Assembly: GCF_006345805.1 (NCBI RefSeq)
Contig: NC_043007.1
Location: 19,840,001-19,904,000 of the forward strand
Source: Octopus sinensis
Lineage: Eukaryota
Length of the DNA stretch: 64,000 nucleotides
Reading direction: 5' to 3'
The notes beneath the pieces are model-generated. The model was given only the letters and a program-made list of their open reading frames with translations, made no database searches and was not told the DNA's origin. Positions 28,483 through 40,739 of this stretch are shown piece by piece. Positions within the stretch are counted from its first letter, which is position 1; every line of letters starts with the position of its first letter. The position numbers and the translations under genes were made by a program.

Positions 28483-28800
28483 TGGCTCACTGGTTGGAGC
28501 GTTGGGTTTACAATCATGAGGTAGTAAGTTCGATTCTTGGACTGGGTCGTATGTTGTGTTCTTGAGCAAGACACTTTATTTTCCATTGCTCTAGCTCACC
28601 CACCTATAGAAATGCGTTGCTACGTCACTGGTGCCAAGCTGTATCGGCCTTTCCCTTGGATAACATCAGTGGTGTGGAGAGGAGGAGGCTGGTATGCATG
28701 GGCGACTGATGGTCTTCCATAAACAACCTTTGCCTGGACTTGTGCTTCGGAGGGGAAATTTCTAAGTGCAATTCCATGGTCACTGATGACCGAAGGCGGT
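28483..28800 (+). mobile_element. SINE with family D-like head and a different tail
   Basis: tggctcactggtt A box, gttcgattc B box, gtgttcttgagcaagacacttt. Confidence 0.7.
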
Positions 28801-29143
28801 CTTTGCCCTGGTTGTACATTAGCATGCGCGCGTGTGTGTTTGTGTGTTTGTGTGTGTTTGTGTTTGTGTGTTTGCGTATGTGTGTATTTCTGTGTGTATG
28901 TATGTGTGTATGTGCGTGTTTGTGTGTTTGTGCTTGTGTGTGTTTGTGTGTGTATGTGTGTGTATGTGCGTTTGTGTATGTGTATGTGTGCATGTGTTTG
29001 TTTGTGTGCATGTTTGTGGGTATGTGTGTTTGTGTGCGTATGTGTGTATGTTTGTGTGTGTGTATGTATGCATGTGTTTGTGTATTTGTATTGTTTGTGT
29101 GTGTGTGTATGTGTGCGTATGTGAGTGTACGTGTGTGTAAAGC

Positions 29144-29420
29144 CGTATGGGTAAGTGGTTAGGGTGTTCGGCTCACGATCTTAAGGTCATGAATTCAATT
29201 CCTGGCTGCGTATCCTTGAGCAAGACACTTTATTTCACGTTGCTCCAGTCCACTCAGCTGGCAAGAATGAGTTGTACCTGTAATTACAAAAGGGCCTGCC
29301 TTGTCAGATCCTGTGTCATGCTGAACCGCCCTCAGAACTACGTTAAGGGTCCGTGTGTTTATGGAGTGCTCAGTCACTTTGCACGTTACTTTCGCGAGGA
29401 AGCTGTTCCGTTGATTGGAA
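29144..29420 (+). mobile_element. SINE family D
   Basis: Reverse-complement match to 10301-10608. Confidence 0.8.
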
Positions 29421-29439
29421 CAATAGCACCTTCTAGGAA

Positions 29440-30077
29440 CCTGAAAATCCGCATACTATTGAGAAACATCATGTTAATTTACCAAGAATTAAAGTATGAT
29501 GCAGCTTATCATCGAAAGGATTTATTGAACCATTTATTTTTCAATGGTACTGTGTTGGGACTATTTTTAATTCAAGTTGCTGCGACAGTCTATCGTGCCA
29601 AGCATTCAAGAGGACTTTGAAAGTATGGGGTTTTGTTCCCACCCAGCAAAATGCGTTACTCCACACTACCACAGTTATCTAAGGATCTACTTTGATGAAA
29701 TCTTGCCACACTGGTGGATTGGATGAACAGATTCAGTAGAATATCCTCACACCAAAAGAAGACACTTTTAATATATGGGGATACTTAAAAGATAAGTTTA
29801 CAGTATAAAACCAGCAACAGTCAACGAATTGAGGGCAACCACTGAACGAGAATTCGCACAAATACCGAACAAAATGTTTCCAGACATTTGAGATCCCATT
29901 GCTTTGCGCTATCAGCAGTGCCTGGACCAGAATAATCAAGAGTTCGAAAACAAGCATACGTAAAAGAAATTAAATTCTGTCGGTAGATTCTATTAAATTT
30001 TGAAAACGTAATATATTTTAAGAAACACTTACTTTATAATTATTTAGTGTGTGTATACATTTTTGAGACATTCTGTA
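29440..30077 (+). mobile_element. Tc1/mariner-superfamily transposase relic (C-terminal half) with right TIR
   Basis: ENPHTIEKHHVNLP, PHYH...WIG, IWGYLKDK, KPATVNELR; ends gtgtatacatttttgagacattctg-TA. Confidence 0.75.
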
Positions 30078-30152
30078 TGTATGTGTATAAAGAGAGAGAG
30101 GGGGAGAGAGAGAGAAAGAGAGGGAGATACATACATATACGTGCGCGCGTGT

Positions 30153-30186
<34 letters not shown>

Positions 30187-31327
30187 CAGACAAAAATAAG
30201 AATGATATACATGGTAACCAAAGAATTAAAAGCAGGGTCATTGTTTGGTCAATGTAAAGAACCAGGGCTCTATGTACATTATTTAAAGAGGTCTTCTGAC
30301 CTCTTCTTTCAATTTCTGTCTACCATATCCACTCACAAGTCTTTTGGTCGGCAGGGGCCTATAGTAGAAGACACTTTCCCAAGGTGCCAGGCTTTGGGAG
30401 GGAACCAGAAACCACGTGGTTGCGAAGTGAGCTTCACAAGTACATAGTGAGCTTTTTTTTTGATAAAGTAGATAATAAAATTAATTAGAATCCTTTCTAA
30501 TTTTGGCACAAGGCCAGCAATTTTAGGGGCGAATAGTAAATCGATTACATTGATCCCAATGTTCAACTGGTATTTATTTCATCGACCCCGCGCTAACGAT
30601 ATTGTCAGCTCACCGCTTTAATTGCGATAAAATATGGAAAGTAAATGGCGTTGTTGTGTCAGTAAAGTGTGGCGGATCTCCGTCGGTTTCGATGATGAAT
30701 ATTCAATTGTCCAATCAAATTACCTGTTTCTGAATCAACGTGTAATTGGCTGAGTATTCCACAGATACACATACCCTTAACGTAATTCCCAAGCAGGGTC
30801 ACATGACATAGTACGTATGAGAAAGCTGTACATTTTCTGATTATAGGTAGAATCCATCCGGGCTTTTATACAGTTTTTGTCTACCCAGTGACACTCCCAA
30901 GATACGAGTCGACTCAAAAAGCATATAAAATGACACTTATTCATAATATCATGCAATGGGATCGAACTCGGAACCTACTTTGTGCTTGCGAAGTGAATAT
31001 CCTAACCACTCGGCCATACTGCACCATCAATAAGTACCAATATATATAACATAGTTAATGATGCTGTTAAAAAGTGACTTTAGAATGCCATGTTTTGATA
31101 ATTCGTCGCAGAGAGATTATAGATTAATGGAGATAAAACTGCCAATGGGGAGCAGAATCTCTTGCCAGGAATATTGACGAACTTCGGACAAGCTTAAGGA
31201 AAATATCTATGTAAATAGAATAAATGTATGCAAATAGCGCTACATGATGATTGAATGTAGTGTTATAGACTCACATGCATCCACACACACACACAAGTAT
31301 ATACATAAGTACATACATACATACATT

Positions 31328-31404
<77 letters not shown>

Positions 31405-31519
31405 GTATTAACTTTGTTGGGTACTTCACTAGCAGTATATTGGATATATGTTATCCCATGGAGGGTTGCATTTACAACCCCTATCTCAATTTGTATATAT
31501 ATATATATATATATATATC

Positions 31520-31658
31520 AAATTAATCAAAGGACATAGTAAGTATGGCTACCTGCTTGAAATAATAGTCAAAACTCTTATTGAATCGCCAAAAATACGA
31601 GTTTTGACTGTTATTTCAAGCAGGTAGACATACTCTTGCTATGGCATTTGATTAATTT
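31520..31658. repeat. Inverted repeat with arms of about 60 bp
   Basis: 31520-31580 pairs with 31596-31658 with few mismatches. Confidence 0.9.
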
Positions 31659-31845
31659 TAATCCCTCGGCTATTTAATGCTATTGTTGGCCTGCTATTGC
31701 CTGTGTCATTGATTCTGTTATTATCATTTTAAAAATATATTAATATATGGTAATAGAATTAATGACACTTTCGCAAATAAATAAATAAATAAATATATAT
31801 ATATATTTATATACATATATATACATACATACATACATACATACT

Positions 31846-31877
<32 letters not shown>

Positions 31878-31890
31878 TATATTATATATA

Positions 31891-31936
<46 letters not shown>

Positions 31937-32119
31937 ATATATAGGAAAAATCAAGGGGAATAATTACAAAGTAGCTAAATGTTGCTTAAGTGTCCCAGGA
32001 GACACTGGTCAGACCTGTGTGTTGTTTGATTCCGGGATAAGTAAGTCATATTTAGGAGAAAATAAGAAACATTGCAAAAAGCAGACAAATGCTCAAGATA
32101 TTATTAAAACTTTTATGGC

Positions 32120-32344
32120 TTCATATCTTCTACATATGTTTCGATGGATGCATTCAAAATAGGTCCAACAGGAGGAATTATGGTCAGCTTAAGCAAAGGA
32201 ATAACTGAACATCTGTAAAAATATCTAATTTATGTGTGTTGTTGTTTATACCTTTCCTGATAGGATTGATGTATAGCTGACCATAATTTTTCCTATCGGA
32301 CGTATTCTGAATGCATCCATCGAAACATATGTAGAAGATACGAA
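32120..32344. repeat. Inverted repeat, about 46-bp arms and 130-bp spacer
   Basis: tatcttctacatatgtttcgatggatgcattca and its reverse complement. Confidence 0.85.
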
Positions 32345-32870
32345 AATATAAATGTTTTGAGCGTTTGTCTCCTTTTACAATCTTCCCTACATACATATAT
32401 ACAAATAAGCATATATGTGTGTGCGTGTGTATATATGTATATACTAGATAAATGGATACAGATATTATATATGCACATATACACATCAGGCCGGATGATG
32501 GTTTTGGGCCCGAAGCTAAGGAATAACAGACATCAAGAAACGTTTCGCTTGGTATTTATACGAATTCTCATTCAATGGCTATCTCCAATCCGTCGTCTGT
32601 TGTCGCTTTTGTACTGGAAACTTATCTTTTAAGTATCCCCAAATAAAAAAAATGCCTAGTGGTGTGATGTTCGTTGAACGAGAAAGCTATTCCACTGAAC
32701 TTCTTCATGCAATCCGCTAGTTTTGCAAAATTTTATCAAGGTAGTCCCTTACTTTACTGTGGTACCTAATCTTGCTAGAAATAAACTCCACATCTGTATT
32801 TAAAGTCTTATTTGGCCGGTACAACAGATTGTCGCAGCAAGTTCAAGTAAACAGAACTAGTGACAACCCC

Positions 32871-33594
32871 CTAAAACTGGAATGGTTCAGTTAATCCTTT
32901 GCATAAGCTATGCCAAACTGTAATTTCTCGTAAATGAACATGATGTTCCTTCAAAATACGCAAATTTTCAAGACCCCAATAGGTGCAATTATGGCAGTTA
33001 ATTGTGCCATTTAATTTTAGTGTAGACTCCTCTCTCCAGACAATCTTTGATGGAAAGTCAGAGTCTTCTAAACAGCTTGCAAAATACCTCTCGCACATCT
33101 CCACTCTTATGTCCGGGTCATCTTAATTGAGAGCATGGACTATTCTTGGAATGTAACTTTTCCAATGACAGCACTTCAAGATGCAATGGGTGCTGCATTT
33201 CGAAATCATCTCATCACTTGCTTTCCGCACATTATTCTTGAAATCAGGTTATTCAATCCCACCATTCCTGTTTGCTTTGTAGGGTTCGTCGAAGTCCACG
33301 ATCTTCTGTAACATTTCTTGAAGACATTCCGGACATTTCCATCTGATTTAAGCTTGTCTCTAATTCGAGTGATGGTTAATCGTTTCGTTGGATCTATTTC
33401 AAAATTCCTCCTAAACTGTTTTTTCACTTTGGCCTCGCTTTCAAAATTCTAGTAGCAATTTAGTCGAAATTCCCTATGTACAAAGCCTATTCTAGCTCAA
33501 TTCATTACTTCTAACGGATTAAATGTAAAATAATATGAAAATGAATTAAGTTATCAACTGTTAAAGTGTGTAAATACTTTTGCGACACCTTGTA
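32871..33594 (-). mobile_element. Tc1/mariner-superfamily relic (N-terminal half) with TIR
   Basis: FRRNFEIDPTKRLTITRIRDKL (HTH-like) and IVWREESTLKLNGTINCHNCTYW; the minus strand begins TA-caaggtgtcgcaaaagt. Confidence 0.75.
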
Positions 33595-34617
33595 TATAGT
33601 CAGACAGCTATAAACATCAATATATATCAGTATATATGTATATGTTTATAAATGTACACTTATACATATATATGTACATTTATACATGTGCACTTGCTCA
33701 TATATGTGCACATATACATACATGCAGACACACACGTATGTATGTATACAGTCATGGAGGTGCTGTTAAATATACAAGCGAGAAAGCAGTTATCAAAGTC
33801 AGTATTGATCAGGTACAAACAAATGAAAAGTAGGTTGATGAATATATATGTTTAGTGTTATGTAACAGAGTGACATATCGGACAAAATCAAGTATTTGAG
33901 ATAACAACTAGGAATAAACAATGTATTGAAAAGCAAACCTAATAAAAGACTAATTATAATCGCAGCGTCATATATGTTAATCCATTAGGAAAAAATATCG
34001 GTTAAACGTTAACGAATGTCTGGCATTTTAAGACAAGCAATAATAAGGTTTGGTTTGTGAAGGAACCTTAGAATAAAGAATTTAGATCCTCCACGTATCG
34101 TTGCTCAGTTGGGCATATATATATAACAGTAATCCATCTAACATTAAAAACAATATGGCCAATCCTTCAATTTCCAGATATAATCTGACAAAGACGTTTA
34201 AATTATTGTATTAGGCTTCTGAAAGGAATGCGTATGAGATAAAGCCACATTTTATAAACATTTGCAGTAAGTCATATGTAAGTTAAGCAGTAAATGATAA
34301 GTAAGCTAAGCCAGGGTTGAAGGCAAGTCACCGAGCCAGTTCACATATGAAATAAAAACAGCTCTAGTATAATAAATATTATTAACTATATATACTCTAG
34401 CGGGTGTCCATCACTCCCAAATGTTGGTGCTGTACCTATTATCGTTGTTGCTACCGCTGCTGCTGTTGCTGCCGGTGTCGTTGCTGTCGCCGATGTTGCT
34501 GCTGCTGTTGATGCTGTTGATGTTGGAGCTGGAGCTGCTGGTGTTAGTGCCGGGCCTGCTAGTGTTGGTGCCGCGATAGGCGGTGGTTGCGTCGGTAATG
34601 TCACCTCACTTGCGTGT

Positions 34618-34815
34618 GTTGCCGGAGCGCCTCCTCCATAACCGGCAACGGAGATATGGGATTACCGTAGGTTTCCCGTCCATAAAAGGTTTAGCTTTAT
34701 GGCGTACTGTCAGATCCCAAAACCTGTTGGCCCAAGGCCTCTTAAGGTTTTGAGATCTGACGATACGCCATAGAGGTAAACTCTTTAGGGGCGGGAAAAC
34801 TAAGGCCATACCATT
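34618..34815. other. GC-rich long imperfect hairpin (candidate structured RNA)
   Basis: 34668-34725 pairs with 34745-34802 around a 19-nt loop; an 8-bp stem gttgccgg/ccggcaac lies upstream. Confidence 0.6.
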
Positions 34816-34835
34816 AACCAGCCTTTCCCATTTTT

Positions 34836-34866
<31 letters not shown>

Positions 34867-35053
34867 GTGTGTGTGTGTGTGTATGTGTGTGTGTGTGTGT
34901 GTGTGCGTGTGCGTGTGTCTAATCAGCCGAAATTGCGAGGATGATCCGGTTTCTTGACTGAAGATTGAAGGTCTTCGAATGTCCCGTCCGTGTTTTTTGT
35001 GTCGTCATAAAAATGTTTTGCGTTCTTGTCCCAGCTTGTATTCTATATATATA

Positions 35054-35134
<81 letters not shown>

Positions 35135-35387
35135 TATATATGATAGATGATGCAGGGGGAGAGAGAGAGAGAGAGAGGGGAAGAGACATTTGTGTGTATG
35201 TGTACGTTTGTATTTAGGTGTATTTGTTATCTATTATGTGTGTATGTATGTGTATTGTAATCACTGTGAGTATATATCGACATGATAACGTGATTTACTC
35301 TGAGAAAATGTAATAAATGACAAAATGCCATTATCACCGTTGCTGTCCTTGAAGACTTACTGATTAAGTGTGGTTGTGGTGTGTGTG

Positions 35388-35487
35388 NNNNNNNNNNNNN
35401 NNNNNNNNNNNNNNNNNNNNNNNNNNNNNNNNNNNNNNNNNNNNNNNNNNNNNNNNNNNNNNNNNNNNNNNNNNNNNNNNNNNNNNN
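35388..35487. other. Assembly gap (100 N)
   Basis: Run of N, likely a fixed-length scaffold join. Confidence 0.99.
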
Positions 35488-35866
35488 GTATATATGTATG
35501 TATGTATGTGTATGTATGTATGTATGTACGTACGTATGTATGTATGTATATTTATACATATATATAAATACGTGTATGTATGTATACATAGTTATATATG
35601 TACCTATATATATGCACGCATATATATACATATATATATATATACAGGCATATATAGACATTATATATAATATATATATATATATATCTATATATATATA
35701 TATATACATACATTTACATATAGGTAGGTAGGTAGGTAGGTAAGTGGGTAGAGTTACAGCTGGGTAGGCTGGGAATCGAAGCCCCGATTATAGGATCGTG
35801 ATTGCAATGCCCTAACCACTAGGCCACGATCCTTTTCCCAGACACACATACATACACATATAATAC

Positions 35867-35897
<31 letters not shown>

Positions 35898-36641
35898 TAT
35901 ATAATATATATATATATCATATACATACATTACATACACACACGCACGCATATACATATACTTAGATTGCAAAGTAGACCTCGCTGAAGAGGTTTAATAG
36001 GCCCGAAACACGTCCATTCTTTTTCTCAAGTTGACTACGAAAATTTCAACTTACTCTTATAGTACAACTTCTGGACTTTTCTAAAAATTTTTATTGAATT
36101 GTACTAGAATTATCTCTCCTGCTCGTTCGTTGTTTCCAGATATTCCAATCCCGTGCAAGTCTTTTCGTTATAATTACTGTTGATTTTAGTCAAATATTTA
36201 CCAGAAAATCTATATTATAAAGATGTCTGATATCTTACTGTATGCGTCTTGCTTGCATTGGTTGTTGACTTTTGTCTAATGTCCGCTTCCATATATATCT
36301 CTATGTTTACACATTTGCCACTCTATTTTCGATATTCAATTGGCGGCCATTGCTGCGGCTGGTATTAGATACCTTTATACGTGTATATATGTGTGTGTGC
36401 GTGTGTGTGTGTGTGTACATACTAATATACAAACACCCTTACAGCCAAGCACATAAACATCGATGCATATATGCTTATATATACGTGTGTGTATGTGTTT
36501 GTATGCCTATATACATGTATACACGTGTATATTTATGTATGCATATTTATAATATATATATATATATATATATAATATATATATATATCATATATATACA
36601 TCGGTACATTTAGATACATTTATAAATACATATGCATGTAA

Positions 36642-36687
<46 letters not shown>

Positions 36688-36695
36688 GGATACAC

Positions 36696-36726
<31 letters not shown>

Positions 36727-36741
36727 TAGATAGATAGATAT

Positions 36742-36773
<32 letters not shown>

Positions 36774-36843
36774 GATAGATAGATAGATAGATAATTTGTT
36801 GAACATTTGTAATCTTGTATATACATATATAAATGTGTGTGTG

Positions 36844-36874
<31 letters not shown>

Positions 36875-37290
36875 ATATATTTATATATGGAATTTAGCGT
36901 GAAAAGTTTTTTTTAATGGATATATCTTTTAATTTATTAATTTATTATTATTTTCACAGCTAATTATTACCCTGGGCATCCGGGCCTTTTCCCCTTCTTC
37001 ATAAGCTATTTTTGATCTAAGGTTTTCTTCGATTTTTATAATAATATGATTTGAAACCGCAATATGTTATGTTATTTCCTGCAACCGGTTATTGAAAATA
37101 CCGTTAGCTGAAAGGACCAATGAAACAAAACCATTTTTAAATGTGTATCTGTCAAAGTAATTGTGTTTCTGCTCATAACTTTTTCTTGCTCCATTCTAAA
37201 CAAAACTGTCCGACGAACGGAAATGCGATACTCTGAGTAACAGATTTTGTGATATTTTTGCTGCTTTTTAATAAATTATACATACATATA

Positions 37291-37714
37291 GGCGCAGGAG
37301 TGGCTGCGTGGTAAGTAGCTTGCTAACCAACCACATGGTTCCGGGTTCAGTCCCACTGCGTGGCACCTTGGGCAAGTGTTTTTCTGCTATAGCCTTGAGC
37401 CGACCAAAGCCTTGTGAGTGGATTTGGTAGACGGAAACTGAAAGAAGCCTGTCGTATATATGTATATATATATATATATAAGTATGTGTGCATATGTTTG
37501 TGTGTCTGTGTTTGTCCCCCTAGCATTGCTTGACAACCGATGCTGGTGTGTTTACGTCCCCGTCACTTAGCGGTTCGGCAAAAGAGACCGATAGAATAAG
37601 TACTGGGCTTACAAAGAATAAGTCCCGGGGTCGATTTGCTCGACTAAAGGCGGTGCTCCAGCATGGCCGCAGTCAAATAACTGAAACAAGTAGAAGAGTA
37701 AAAGAGTAAAGAGT
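37291..37714 (+). mobile_element. SINE family A, full length
   Basis: ggcgcaggagtggc...gaaacaagtagaagagtaaaagag. Confidence 0.92.
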
Positions 37715-37740
37715 ATATATGTGTGTGTGTGTGTGTGTAG

Positions 37741-38036
37741 GCGCAATGGCCCAGTGGTTAGGGCAGCGGACTCGCGGTCGTAGGATCGCGGTTTCGATTC
37801 CCAGACCGAGCGTTGTGAGTGTTTATTGAGCGAAAACACCTAAAGCTCCACGGGGCTCCGGCAGGGGGTGGTGACGATCCCTGCTGTACTCTTTCGCCAC
37901 AACTTTCTCTCACTCTTTCTTCTGTTGGCCTGCTCGCTTAGCCAGCCGGGGGCGTCATTTGAAGGCTAAAACAACGCGAAGCGCATTGTGACCAGCGATG
38001 TGTAGCAACATCTGATAGCCTGGTCGGTCACGTGGT

Positions 38037-38044
<8 letters not shown>
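37741..38044 (+). mobile_element. tRNA-derived SINE family C
   Basis: ggcgcaatggcccagtggttagg (A box) and gtttcgattccc (B box), then a non-tRNA body; head-only relative at about 35770-35830 on minus. Confidence 0.8.
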
Positions 38045-38067
<23 letters not shown>

Positions 38068-38068
<1 letters not shown>

Positions 38069-38410
38069 TATGTTTGACTTTTGCTTTACATTTGTACAAG
38101 TTGACTCCAAGTCTCACCCAGAGACATCAAGAAGTTCATGTTTGTGTTATGCCTAGGGTGCCATATATTTGGTTTTGTACTTAGTGTTGTTCTAGAGAAT
38201 GCTTAAAAACCATAAGAAAATCATGTTTGTTTTAAAACTTGAGATTACATAGAAAGTATTTTGCGTAGGATATGGGCAGTTCCCATGAGCACTATCTTTT
38301 GAACATCTGCCATATTGGGGTTTCCTGGTATCTGAGCTACGTAGCAATCAGCTCCTTTTGCTATCATTCCCAGGGCACCTATGACAACAGGTATTGTTTT
38401 AGTCTTCAGG
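38068..38410 (-). mobile_element. R4/Dong-like LINE 3' end
   Basis: Minus strand reads LKTKTIPVVIGALGMIAK, like 54734-54973; the 3' UTR recurs at about 58290-58355; abuts (ATT)n. Confidence 0.7.
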
Positions 38411-38458
38411 TTCTATTATTATTATTATTATTTTTTTATTATTATATTATTATTATTA

Positions 38459-38499
<41 letters not shown>

Positions 38500-38586
38500 G
38501 GGAAGATTAATTCCGAATCCACAGGAATGAGACATTCAAATCAAAGGTACTAAAGGGAACTTCTCTCAATATTTTATTCATACATA

Positions 38587-38796
38587 TAAAAGTAGTTTTA
38601 GAGACAGAACCACCCTCAACTCAAAAGATATTATACCCGCCCAAGCCATCAAATATCAAATATGATACTTAACTATATCTATTCAGAATCCCATACTTTC
38701 TATTATAGATACGGTATCATATTTAATATTTTATGGCTTGGGCGGGTATAATATCTTTTGAGTTGAGGGTGGTTCTGTCTCTAAAAACTACTTTTA
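38587..38796. repeat. Inverted repeat with arms of about 82 bp
   Basis: 38587-38668 pairs with 38714-38796, near-perfect. Confidence 0.92.
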
Positions 38797-38800
38797 CATA

Positions 38801-38970
38801 TCTATATAGGCGCAGGAGTGGCTGTGTGGTAAGTAGTTTGCTTCAACCACATGGTTCCGGGTTCAGTCCCACTGCGTGGCATCTTGGGCAAGTGTCTTCT
38901 ACTATAGCCTCGGGCCGACCAAAGCCTTGTGAGTGGATTTGGTAGACAGAAACTGAAAGAAGCCGTCGTA

Positions 38971-39012
<42 letters not shown>

Positions 39013-39599
39013 TGTGTGTGTTTGTGTGTCTGTGTTTTTGTCCCCCTAGCATTGCTTGACAACCGATACTGGTGTGTTTATGTACCCGTCACTTAGCGGT
39101 TCGGCAAAAGACCCGATAGAATAAGTACTGGGCTTACAAAAGAATAAGTCCTGGGGTCGAGTTGCTCGATTAAAGGCGGTGCTCCAGCATGGCCGCAGTC
39201 AAATAACTGAAACAAGTAAAAGAGTAAAAGAGTATATATATAAATGGCAAAATGTCTGTCTGTGTGTGTGTGTCCTTTATACAAATCCACAAGTTTTCAG
39301 TTAGAGAGCTCGCACTTTCTATGGTCATTCAAAACCGTCCAAGGGTGGTCGTGCACATCTTTAACATTTCCCCCAGTCCCTCGCAAAGCCATTAGAAAAT
39401 AAAAAGAATGACTGACTTTTTTGAATTTTCTACCAAACCAATAAAAAAAAATGCCCGAAACTTGATTCCCAATTGAATGCCAGCTAACTGTATGTGGTTG
39501 GTCGGAGATTTGGACAGTACTCGCGTGTATTGTCGCACGCACGCAGCTGTATATGCATGCACTAGCACTATGACCCGCTTTGCCGGGTCATAGTGCTAG
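38801..39599 (+). mobile_element. Non-autonomous Helitron interrupted by SINE A
   Basis: A|TCTATATA at 38801, body resumes at about 39234, 3' hairpin and CTAG|T at 39596-39600; second copy at 58633. Confidence 0.75.
38809..39233 (+). mobile_element. SINE family A, full length
   Basis: Matches the other copies. Confidence 0.92.
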
Positions 39600-39617
39600 T
39601 ATATATATATATATATA

Positions 39618-39681
<64 letters not shown>

Positions 39682-39830
39682 TCTTTTATTCGTTTCATTC
39701 ATTTGACTGTGGTCATGTTGGAGCACCGCGGAGAGGTTGATGTATAGGATCACAAATCATCATTAAATTATATTTTCGCTTACTTTATAAATATGTAGAC
39801 TCTACATTCTTCTAATATGAAGTTGTATTA

Positions 39831-40045
39831 TACAGGTGAGAGTGTTGAAAAGTTTCTGGCTTTTATGTGTATCATGAAAAGCATGGTTGGAGGCCCAACC
39901 TTCTGAGTTCTTTTACAGGGCTTACAAAACCTAAAGGACTGCTACAATACGTGTGTGAATCTGAGAGGGGAAGATGTTGAATAAAATCATAATTAACTGG
40001 TTGTCCTGTATTTTTCTTCAGGAACTTTCCAGAACCCCTCGTGTA
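39831..40045 (+). mobile_element. Mariner-derived short non-autonomous element
   Basis: Imperfect TIRs (tgaaaagtttctg / caggaactttccagaacccctcgtgta); internal CVNLRGEDVE* resembles a mariner C-terminus. Confidence 0.55.
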
Positions 40046-40110
40046 GATGGATGGATGGATGGATGGATGGATGGATGGAAAGACAGACAGACAGACAGAT
40101 ATAGAAGACT

Positions 40111-40487
40111 GTGCATGGATATGTGAGTAGAAAGCTCCGAGGTGATAGTAACATCGATCATCAAAGCAGTTTATCATGGACCAATAATTGGATTGCTACA
40201 TCCCAGTTTGAAGGGTATGCGTTTGCAATCCAGGAACAGGAAATATCAACCAAGTACCTGATGCACAAAAGGGATAGAGATGCAAGAAAAGCCGTAAAAT
40301 GTGACAACCGATGCAGACTTTGTGGAGTTCACACTGAAGATATCACCCACATCATAAGCAGATGTCCGAAAATGTCATCACGATATTATCTACCGATGAG
40401 ACATGATGTTGTTGCTAGGACACTCTATAATGAAATCCGTCAGAAGGATAACCCCGAGGACAAAGAAATAAGAACCCACAATATGTT
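40111..40487 (+). mobile_element. R4/Dong-like LINE fragment
   Basis: FEGYAFAIQEQEISTKYL...CRLCGVHTEDITHIISRCP...RHDVVA. Confidence 0.85.
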
Positions 40488-40704
40488 AGCAGCAAAAATG
40501 CTACTTCTAAAATCTCTCCAAGAGATCAACGCAGTAGTTGTACTGACAAGTAGTATTCGTAGCCACTTCAACATGGCTGTCCGTTCGAATGGACTCTACT
40601 GCGATTTTTTTAACCCCAAGAAGACAAACACAAAAGAAAACAACAACGTGAGGACGTGGTACATGTAAAGTATTAGCAGACGCTCAGGGAAGGAAAGGAA
40701 GATG

Positions 40705-40739
40705 GTTTAACGTTTCGAGCAAAGTTCTTCTTCAGAAAC
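40705..40739 (-). ncRNA. Minimal hammerhead-like motif
   Basis: gttt-CTGAAGA-A-gaac(ttt)gctc-GAAA-cgt-t-aaac. Confidence 0.5.

Noticed and set aside
29440-33594. A single Tc1/mariner element spanning both relics
   Set aside because: The TIRs face the same way and the fragments overlap in a diverged region, so they are separate copies
34386-34604. Ala/Thr/Pro-rich mucin-like ORF
   Set aside because: Degenerate GCT/GTT repeat with no convincing start or acceptor and an in-frame stop upstream
35981-36015. CTGAAGA...GAAAC-AC-GTC motif
   Set aside because: Stem I is not formed; at best a decayed hammerhead
37741-37812. tRNA gene
   Set aside because: The tRNA-like head lacks a proper acceptor stem and terminator and continues into a SINE body
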